A stretch of 54,313 nt of DNA from a virus (lineage: Duplodnaviria; Caudoviricetes), in IMG/VR virus record IMGVR_UViG_3300043395_001470, positions 1 to 54,313 of that record; one strand, written 5' to 3'. Each line of letters opens with the position of its first letter. Position 1 is the stretch's first letter. The notes under the pieces were generated by a model. That model saw only the letters and a program-made list of their open reading frames with translations. It did not search any database and had not been told where the DNA came from. The translations under genes and the position numbers were made by a program. Of this stretch, positions 9,273 to 16,827 are shown one piece after another.

Positions 9273-9525
9273 GATCGTTCTCCAATAGTTCTATTCTAGT
9301 TAGGAGTTCATAAAGAACATTTGTTGTTTCAATGTTCTCTTGTTCAAGTTTCTCAATACGATCAAACAGACTTTCCATCACTTTTCACATGTGGATGAGG
9401 AGCATACAGAGGACCAGGATAGTTACCAGCAAACTTATTGAGTTCCTGAAGTGCATCAACTGTTTCCTTAGTTTCTTCCCACTCGTAAGTGTCACCAGAT
9501 TTGGTTACATAAGTTCTTTTAGTCA

Positions 9526-9750
9526 TTAGAGTTTCCCGCCAACTTCCGAAGAATAAGTCCTTTCTACAGTTTTGTCAAGTGTATTTTCTTGTTTCGCCTT
9601 CAAATACCAACGAGTAGCAGTTACACATTGATGTTCAGTTAATGAGGTAATGATACATTTACCCTCCTTATTGTAAGAATCCCAAAGTCCATATTTCTTT
9701 TCCTCCACATAAAAGCAATCATCATAAAGTTTCTTTTCACTCATTTTCAA
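9526..9750 (-). CDS. Hypothetical protein
   Basis: ORF track; C-terminal VGGKL. Confidence 0.65.
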   Translation of the reverse strand: MKMSEKKLYDDCFYVEEKKYGLWDSYNKEGKCIITSLTEHQCVTATRWYLKAKQENTLDKTVERTYSSEVGGKL

Positions 9751-9970
9751 ACTCCTTCATAAGTTCTTCTGCCATTTTTATGGACTTTCTGTGCATATTC
9801 CACCTGACAATTGGATTATCAGGATTATACAACACCCACCATTTGAGTTTCTCATATTGCAATCTCCACCACTGACTGCATATAACAATCAATTGTGCGA
9901 TGGACATATCTGTAATCACAAGGTACAGAAAGAATGCAAATATGATTAACCAAAGGTAGTATGTTGTCAT
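9737..9970 (-). CDS. Hypothetical membrane protein
   Basis: N-terminal TM helix. Confidence 0.6.
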   Translation of the reverse strand: MTTYYLWLIIFAFFLYLVITDMSIAQLIVICSQWWRLQYEKLKWWVLYNPDNPIVRWNMHRKSIKMAEELMKEFENE

Positions 9971-10093
9971 CTGATTTTATGTAAAAAATCTAAGAGTTGT
10001 TCCTGCACCCTGTCCAACTGCACATTACATCCTTCTTTTGTTGCTCGATTCTTAAGAAATGGATAATGTTTATAAACCATTTCTATCACTAAG

Positions 10094-10282
10094 TCAACTG
10101 CTTGCTGATGTTTGTTTTGGGACATCTTTCTGAATGGTTACAGGACAGGACGGAACTACTTTACGAACTTCTTGAATGATTTCTAATCGTTGTTGTGGAG
10201 TTAACCCAACAACATTTGTGATTCTATTCACAAGTCCAAAAGCTTGGGAGCATGATAATATGGTTGATAAAAATACAACCAT
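10094..10282 (-). CDS. Hypothetical protein
   Basis: ORF track. Confidence 0.55.
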   Translation of the reverse strand: MVVFLSTILSCSQAFGLVNRITNVVGLTPQQRLEIIQEVRKVVPSCPVTIQKDVPKQTSASS

Positions 10283-10301
10283 AACTTTCTCCTATTCTGT
10301 A

Positions 10302-10502
10302 CTATTTAATAATTTCCCAGTGTTCGTTTCCAGTCTTAGGAACCCATGTAAAGTATTTGCGATTGATAGATGCTAGAAAGAGCATCTCATCAGTCTCTTG
10401 TTCTACTTCCATGGCATGAAGTGAATCCATGAGGTTTGCAAATCTGTTCTTTGCTTTAGAACTTTTAGGTTTGATGTTAACGAATTGTTTCTTGGTTTTC
10501 AT
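10302..10502 (-). CDS. Hypothetical protein
   Basis: ORF track; TTGACA-18-TAGACT promoter upstream (about 10549-10578). Confidence 0.65.
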   Translation of the reverse strand: MKTKKQFVNIKPKSSKAKNRFANLMDSLHAMEVEQETDEMLFLASINRKYFTWVPKTGNEHWEIIK

Positions 10503-10551
10503 GATGTTTTTAAGAACTTAGAGTTTGATCTTCAAACCCAACAAAGGTAGT

Positions 10552-10989
10552 CTAAAGGGTCTGATGGGTATCTGTCAAGTAGTTTAAGTATTCTTCATAA
10601 AGCACTTCTTCCATTTGAAATGCTTGTACCTCCCATGGTTGCTCAGAATAGTCCGTCTGAGAGTGGTCTATGCCCCTCCAATACCTCTTTCCTCTCTTAT
10701 CCTTAAGAGCACCCATAACGTGCTGATAAACGTGCCAGAGCTCATGTAGAAGCACTGTGGTATAATGTTCTGGAGTCATTTGATTGTGTAGTTCAATCTC
10801 AAAAGATCTTGGACGATAATCACAATCAGTCACACCAACCCATCCATAAACTTCATCACGCAACATCCCACGATGATTGACACTAATCTCAATTTTGTGT
10901 CGTGGAAGATGTTTTTTGATGAACCATTCAACAACCTTAGTACAACGCCTTTTGCTATAGTTGTACCCACTGGTGTATAGTGTAAGCAA
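10552..10989 (-). CDS. Putative zinc metallopeptidase-like protein (HExxH)
   Basis: LLHELWHVYQH plus downstream QPWEVQA. Confidence 0.6.
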   Translation of the reverse strand: MLTLYTSGYNYSKRRCTKVVEWFIKKHLPRHKIEISVNHRGMLRDEVYGWVGVTDCDYRPRSFEIELHNQMTPEHYTTVLLHELWHVYQHVMGALKDKRGKRYWRGIDHSQTDYSEQPWEVQAFQMEEVLYEEYLNYLTDTHQTL

Positions 10990-11035
10990 ATTCGTAACCA
11001 GGTTTCAATAAGGACACTATAAAGGATTTTTTCTG

Positions 11036-11866
11036 TCAGTGTGAACTCCTATGTGCCAGTTTTTCTACTGCCACAATATCTTTATATTTTTTCTTTTTAC
11101 CGCACGATACTTTATAAATCGCGCCTTGACTATAACCATTTTCTTTTGACCAGTTTGTTAATCCACACTGTTCAATTACGTTTCCATCAGCAAATGTAAT
11201 CTTCCACCACATAGAACGAGAATGATTTTCTCCACTCATTTTTTGTCTTATTTCTAAAGAATGTTTTTTTCCAAAATATGGATTATTTTCTCCACTATTT
11301 CTTTTACTTAACTTTTCTTTAAAATCCTCTGAGACCTTTCTCCCTTTGTTTAATTCACTAATTTTTCTCTTTGTTTCTTCAGAGTGATTTCTACCAAGCA
11401 TAGGATTTCTATTTCTTTTCTTTGCTGCTTCACTCATTTTTGCTCTACTTTCTAAAGACATTTTTTTGCCTGTATGTGCTTTACTTCTTTTTTCTCTTTC
11501 TTCTTCTGATATTTTTTTACCATACATAGGATTATTTTTTCCAGACATCAAAATACTTCTTCTTAACCTTGATGATTCATATAAATGTGAATTTATATAA
11601 GTATTTTTTGATTTTTGAGAATTCATACACCAAAAAGCGGTAATCATTTTTTTGGTTTTCTGGTGGTGTATTCCATACCTTTGAATACAAATTTTTTCTA
11701 ATAGTGCGTGTGCTATATAATGTTCTCTTGCAGTAAGAACAACAATTCTATTGTTTTTTCCAAATATACTTTTTGGAAATATATGGTGTTTTTCTATATA
11801 ACCCTCAGGAGGAGTTCTATTCTCTGCTTTCCTGATAAGATTACAATAAACCTTTAGATAGTTCAT
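11036..11866 (-). CDS. HNH homing endonuclease with NUMOD3 repeats
   Basis: EKHHIFPKS...N...LTAREHYIAH; repeated NPMYGKK/HSEETKRKIS motifs; start re-assigned to MNYLKV. Confidence 0.85.
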   Translation of the reverse strand: MNYLKVYCNLIRKAENRTPPEGYIEKHHIFPKSIFGKNNRIVVLTAREHYIAHALLEKICIQRYGIHHQKTKKMITAFWCMNSQKSKNTYINSHLYESSRLRRSILMSGKNNPMYGKKISEEEREKRSKAHTGKKMSLESRAKMSEAAKKRNRNPMLGRNHSEETKRKISELNKGRKVSEDFKEKLSKRNSGENNPYFGKKHSLEIRQKMSGENHSRSMWWKITFADGNVIEQCGLTNWSKENGYSQGAIYKVSCGKKKKYKDIVAVEKLAHRSSH

Positions 11867-11898
11867 TTCTACTCTAACTGACTGCATTAGTATTTATA

Positions 11899-11952
11899 TT
11901 ACAAAGGAGAGTATTTCTACTCTCCCCACCCGAAGATTGCAGTCAGTCAGGC
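11899..11952 (-). ncRNA. Predicted HEG-associated antisense small RNA, copy 1
   Basis: Lies between CTAAATA (11958-11964) and a terminator hairpin (11906-11925); its segment at 11938-11950 is complementary to the HEG leader at 11874-11886. Confidence 0.5.
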
Positions 11953-11960
11953 AATATTAT

Positions 11961-12065
11961 TTAGATTATAAAATCAAGAGACATTTTAGTTAATCTGACC
12001 ATCCAATTTAAGAATGCTATAAAACTACCAATGAAAATCAATCTGTCCAGCGTGGAGTACCTCAT
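11961..12065 (-). CDS. Small membrane peptide (34 aa, MRYSTLDRLIFIGSF...)
   Basis: Translated by hand; GGTGGAG RBS and promoter upstream. Confidence 0.45.
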   Translation of the reverse strand: MRYSTLDRLIFIGSFIAFLNWMVRLTKMSLDFII

Positions 12066-12161
12066 CGGTTTTGTGTGTCTCCACCTACTATAAAACCTCA
12101 CAGATCACTCTGTGAGGTTCAGTGTGTCAGTTTTTAAGGTGTCACAGGGACTTTAGGATGT

Positions 12162-12374
12162 TTATTGTTTTTCTTGACTTTCTTCGTTTTCTTCTTCCTT
12201 TTTTTCTGGTTCTGGAAGTGTAGTACCAGTTTGTTCTAGATACTCAATTGCACCTTGTACTTTAAGAAGAAGTTCTCTTTTTGATGTAAGTTGATTACTC
12301 AAGATATTCACATCAGAAATCAGTTGTTGATGTTGTTCGATCAGTTGAGTTAAATGTGTTTGTTGTTCAGTCAT
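12162..12374 (-). CDS. Small coiled-coil protein downstream of tail fibre
   Basis: ORF track; CATAAATA late-promoter-like motif at about 12395-12402. Confidence 0.65.
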   Translation of the reverse strand: MTEQQTHLTQLIEQHQQLISDVNILSNQLTSKRELLLKVQGAIEYLEQTGTTLPEPEKKEEENEESQEKQ

Positions 12375-12421
12375 AACTTAGAATCATTTTCGAATATTTA
12401 TGAGGTTACTAGTGAAGGGGA

Positions 12422-12550
12422 CTACTCTCCGTCAGGGATGGATTCCAACGCTTCCCGAATCGTGGTGAAGTCCCACGAACAGCAAGCATCGTCAGAATTC
12501 TCCAGACTCTTAAGCAGGGCCAGTGCCTGTTCCTTAAGGGTGTAAGTCAT
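12422..12550 (-). CDS. Small protein (42 aa, MTYTLKEQALALL...IREALESIPDGE) inside the GC-rich fibre-tip cassette
   Basis: Translated by hand; starts 4 nt after the fibre stop. Confidence 0.5.
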   Translation of the reverse strand: MTYTLKEQALALLKSLENSDDACCSWDFTTIREALESIPDGE

Positions 12551-12554
12551 TTGA

Positions 12555-14462
12555 TTACGCGCTTTCAAGAGCAGCAACTTTGGCCTCAAGGGTTTCGATC
12601 TTGGTCAAGGCTTGCTTGAGTGCCAAGTGGTACATGGCTTGGAGCTTGGCGTTGTCGTAAGAGCGAATGGACCCCTCGTCATCTGTTTCGCCAGTGTCGA
12701 AGATAAGCGAAGGGTCAACGGCTTCTACTTCGTCAACGATATAACCATAGTTTGTTGACTCTGGATTGTTTTTATACGCAAAACTCCGTATCGGTAAGTC
12801 TCGCGCAACATTCCAAGAAATCTCTGGGCTCAGCGGCGCACTATCAATATCTTGCTTGAGGCGACGCTCCGATGTAAGCGAGGTAATCGTGGTGACATCA
12901 CACAAAATGCGATCCGTAAAGCGCACACGCTCAATAGGAGTAGCCGAAGCATCTGTGGCGCCATCTCTGTTGGTGTAAAATCGCAAATAACCGTTTGCGC
13001 GATTCGTGGCAGTATTATCCTGCGTGACAATAATTGCGGCTAGAGTTTTAGAGTTTCCGTTTGTACTTAGCCCTCCAAAAGAAATAACTCCAGCGTTCGC
13101 GTTAGATCCTCCTCTGTAGGCAAGGCCAATACCAGGAGCATTATCGCCACCAATATACGTACCGGCTCCAGTAATAAAACCAGCCGCATTGTACGAGTCA
13201 TAAACATAGTAGTTTTGAATAACGCTTCCATTACTCGTGATCCTCATCCGCTCCGTCGGAGAACTCGCACCATCCGCAGTAGTGGAGAACACTAGGCGGC
13301 CTGGCATGTCGTTGGCGCCAGGGGTGCCGTCGACTTCACACCTGATCTGACCACCAGCTATAAACTCAGTACCATCAGATCCTTGAAAATCAACGCTTCC
13401 CAACAGGTCATTATTTCCCACAAGGGTATTTCCACCTACCGAGCCAGATTTTTGCCTGGCCAGGATTAGATATGGACCGTAAACCGTATCAGAGCTGGTA
13501 ACAGAAAGAATTTGAGCGGTTCCCGTACCTTCGAGTTGAAGTTGGGGAGAGAAACTTGTTGTATTAAAGAAATTGCTACGCGCACTAGACGTACCAACTA
13601 GGAGCCTGCCGGAGCTGTCAACTTTAACTCTCTCAGAACCATTAGTACTTACAGTAAAAACGTTAGCAGTAGAACCACTAATCGTAACACCAGTACCTAA
13701 AGTAGCATTACCACCAGTAAGTACAATACCACTACGAGCAGTTACAATACCAATAGAATCTACATTAGTTACATCTTCATAAGTTAATGTACCACCAACA
13801 GAAACATTACCAGTAAATGTAGCAGCAACACCACTAATATTTCGTGCTGTTACATCAGGAGTTCCACCACTAATACCACTCTGAGAAATACTCAAAGTTC
13901 CAACATTAATCGTATTATTAGTTCCATCAAGAGTAATACTTGAAGTGCCAACAGTCAGAATACCAGTAACTCTTGCATTTCCGTTGACAAGAAGTGCTGT
14001 AGTTCCTGTTCCAGTGATTACTACATCACCAGAAGTATTCCAGGATGGTCCACCAGTTGAAAGTTTTGCTGGTGTTACAGTTCCATCACCAGGAACACTT
14101 ACAGCAACAGCAGGTCCTAATGATACAATCGAACAATCTAAACCAGCACTAGGAGCAGTTGTAAAAGTAATATTAGAACCTGATACAGTGTAATCTGTCA
14201 ATGGTTCTTGGACAATACCACCAAGAACAACTCTTAACTGTTGAGCATTTGCTGGTGTTAATGATACTCCAGAAACAGTAAGAGCAAATGTTTGAGTGGA
14301 ACCGTTAAAGGAACTCTCAATATTGTCAACGATACTTATGTTTTTTGATGATGATGCAGTATAACTTTTCCAAACAACTCCATCCCACTGATAAGTGAAT
14401 CCAGAGGTAGAATCTGCATATAACTGTCCCGTTGTGGGATTATCTGGAAAGTTTAAAGCCAT
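12555..14462 (-). CDS. Tail fibre protein with C-terminal intramolecular chaperone (peptidase S74-type)
   Basis: G/T/S-rich beta repeats, RLLVGT and ERMRITS motifs, SERRLKQDI cleavage motif and terminal coiled coil. Confidence 0.85.
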   Translation of the reverse strand: MALNFPDNPTTGQLYADSTSGFTYQWDGVVWKSYTASSSKNISIVDNIESSFNGSTQTFALTVSGVSLTPANAQQLRVVLGGIVQEPLTDYTVSGSNITFTTAPSAGLDCSIVSLGPAVAVSVPGDGTVTPAKLSTGGPSWNTSGDVVITGTGTTALLVNGNARVTGILTVGTSSITLDGTNNTINVGTLSISQSGISGGTPDVTARNISGVAATFTGNVSVGGTLTYEDVTNVDSIGIVTARSGIVLTGGNATLGTGVTISGSTANVFTVSTNGSERVKVDSSGRLLVGTSSARSNFFNTTSFSPQLQLEGTGTAQILSVTSSDTVYGPYLILARQKSGSVGGNTLVGNNDLLGSVDFQGSDGTEFIAGGQIRCEVDGTPGANDMPGRLVFSTTADGASSPTERMRITSNGSVIQNYYVYDSYNAAGFITGAGTYIGGDNAPGIGLAYRGGSNANAGVISFGGLSTNGNSKTLAAIIVTQDNTATNRANGYLRFYTNRDGATDASATPIERVRFTDRILCDVTTITSLTSERRLKQDIDSAPLSPEISWNVARDLPIRSFAYKNNPESTNYGYIVDEVEAVDPSLIFDTGETDDEGSIRSYDNAKLQAMYHLALKQALTKIETLEAKVAALESA

Positions 14463-14492
14463 CTTATTATACTTTTTAGGTATTTATGTTGA

Positions 14493-15875
14493 TCACCACT
14501 CAACGATTACGAGTCCTGGTGCTCCGTTTGCTCCTGTTGCGCATCCACCCGCGGGTGGAGCAACAATTACACCTCCAGCACCAGATCCATACCCACATCC
14601 AGGGCATCCGGGTTGGATTGTTGTTGGATCAATAGAGTTGCCTCTGGTTCCACCAACTCCAAACGGCCCACTAGCTCCTGCACCTCCAATGGTTACCCCG
14701 GGATCTACTCTATATCCTCGACCATTAAAATGACATGAGATTGTACCGCACTGCAAGGTTGTAGGGAACGTAGCTGTATTTGAGAATATACCATAAGTTG
14801 CTGTTGCTGGAGCACTATTTCCATTAGATCCAGGAGCCCCACCACCAAACCCACCGCAAGCGTCATTGCCAAGGCAAGGACCACTACATCCAATACATCC
14901 ACCATGAGTTAAGAATACTGTAGGACCACCAAAAATTGTATCTCCTCCTGCTCCACCAACAGTCACCGGATAAGAACTACATGCTGGTGGTACTGATAAT
15001 AGTTTTACTGCTGCTGATCCTGCTCCACCACCACCAATAACACATCTTATAGATGGAGGGAGACCTGGAGTTGATCCTCCACCACCAGTGGCAGTAATCT
15101 TAAGACTTGTAGTTCCTGGTGGAACTGTAAAAGTTCCTGGGTTAGTAAATACACAAAATCCACCACCACCAGATAAACCAGTAATAGCACTGGAGGGAAT
15201 ATTAGAAAGTCCCGAACCATTTCCAGAGAAACATGAAGTGGCACAAACGACTCCACCAGTTACTGTTCCAGGAACTGTTGCTGTTCCTGCTGTTATGGTT
15301 CCTCTTATACATCCTGTGGTAGCAGTAATAATACCTGCTGTAACACCTGAAGAATTTAATGTAACAGCTGTTCCAACACGAATATTATCACTATTTCCAT
15401 CAAGTGCGATTGTTCCTTGACCGACTGAAAGAATTCCAGTAACTCTTGCGTTTCCTTCTACCAATAAAGCAGTGGTTCCAATACCAATCGTTACCTTTCC
15501 AATACCATTTGTAGTACCTAATGTAGAAATACCAGTTACATGTAGATTTGCGGTATTTAAGGTATTAGAGTTTGAATCAAAAGTTAAGTCACCATCAGTT
15601 GCAGATGCAGTCATCGTGCCTGATGTTTGAGTGGTGACTACAACTCTTTGAGAACCCGATGCAGCACTTAGAGTTGATCCAGTGTTTGTAAGATTACTTC
15701 CATCTCCAAAAAATTGACTCGCAGTTACTGAAGAACTTACAGAAACATTATTAGTAGTAACGACACCAACAACATTAATACCAGTAGAATTAATTGTAAC
15801 CGCAGAACCAACAACTACATTTTGTGCTGTGGATATGCCTACACCACCTACTAATTGTGCCTTTGTCTGTGACAT
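14493..15875 (-). CDS. Tail fibre/adhesin with Cys-rich glycine-rich C-terminal domain
   Basis: VGVVT/GIGT repeats; GGGG loops; ends GLVIVEW; TATAAATA at 15901-15908. Confidence 0.75.
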   Translation of the reverse strand: MSQTKAQLVGGVGISTAQNVVVGSAVTINSTGINVVGVVTTNNVSVSSSVTASQFFGDGSNLTNTGSTLSAASGSQRVVVTTQTSGTMTASATDGDLTFDSNSNTLNTANLHVTGISTLGTTNGIGKVTIGIGTTALLVEGNARVTGILSVGQGTIALDGNSDNIRVGTAVTLNSSGVTAGIITATTGCIRGTITAGTATVPGTVTGGVVCATSCFSGNGSGLSNIPSSAITGLSGGGGFCVFTNPGTFTVPPGTTSLKITATGGGGSTPGLPPSIRCVIGGGGAGSAAVKLLSVPPACSSYPVTVGGAGGDTIFGGPTVFLTHGGCIGCSGPCLGNDACGGFGGGAPGSNGNSAPATATYGIFSNTATFPTTLQCGTISCHFNGRGYRVDPGVTIGGAGASGPFGVGGTRGNSIDPTTIQPGCPGCGYGSGAGGVIVAPPAGGCATGANGAPGLVIVEW

Positions 15876-15909
15876 TATGACTCGATAGTATCCTTTTTGT
15901 TATTTATAA

Positions 15910-16827
15910 TTAATTTTCTATTTCCTTTACGATTTTCTGATATGCCTCCTCGATTTCTTCCAGAGTAAATGCAATCCTATCTTCATTCAGACGATTAGCA
16001 AGATGGGATTGCATCCCCGAAATTCTCATGGTTGTTGGTTCTAACTTCACATCTCTTTTGATAATTTGGAAATGATCTGGATAAGAATTATTTTTTTCAT
16101 GAACTCCACCAATCACAACCGTTGCTTTCTTATTCAGAGCACGAGCAAAATGTTGACCGCAACTATCACAACCAACGAAGTAATCTGCTTCAGAAATAGC
16201 AGCAGCCCACTCTCTCAAACTCATATCAGGATCGGGAATATACGTCTTTCCGTCATGTGCCTGAGCAGGTCCAAAGTAGATTACATTATATTTCTGCATC
16301 AACTTATCAATCAAAGTATCATACATCGATTGGGGAATGGATCTTAAACTATCGTCAAACATTCCAATAGGATATAAGGTAGCAGTGCTTCCATATGGTT
16401 GAATAATGATTGTCTTTTCTTTTCCTTGTGCTTTCTTTGCCTTATGAATATGTTCTTTTCCTTTTAAAATCTCTGCTTGAGATAGTTTAATAATTGAATC
16501 TGGAAGATCTTTATGATCATGAGTTCCGTTGATTTCCACATCAAATGCTTCCGCAAGTGAAATCTCATTTCGATAATACTTAGGAACCTTATATGGTTCT
16601 GGTGTAATCACACGATCAGCATTCCAAAAATATCTCTCAAAAATTCCTTTATTTTCTGGATTAAAAGTTCTATTTTGAAGTTCTGGAATGCCCCAATACA
16701 TCCAATCCCATCCGCCAACCATTACATACCATTCTTCTTTTGGATGTAACTTGCCATATTTTAAGAGAGCAGGAATAGCAGTTACAACTCTTCCTGCTCC
16801 ACCATCGATGCAAATAACTGTTTTCAT
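15910..16827 (-). CDS. Glycosyltransferase, GT-B fold, GT9/heptosyltransferase-like
   Basis: N-terminal DGGAGRVVTAIPAL; IIIQPYGS; SLREWAAAISEADYFVGCDSCGQHFARAL. Confidence 0.7.
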   Translation of the reverse strand: MKTVICIDGGAGRVVTAIPALLKYGKLHPKEEWYVMVGGWDWMYWGIPELQNRTFNPENKGIFERYFWNADRVITPEPYKVPKYYRNEISLAEAFDVEINGTHDHKDLPDSIIKLSQAEILKGKEHIHKAKKAQGKEKTIIIQPYGSTATLYPIGMFDDSLRSIPQSMYDTLIDKLMQKYNVIYFGPAQAHDGKTYIPDPDMSLREWAAAISEADYFVGCDSCGQHFARALNKKATVVIGGVHEKNNSYPDHFQIIKRDVKLEPTTMRISGMQSHLANRLNEDRIAFTLEEIEEAYQKIVKEIEN

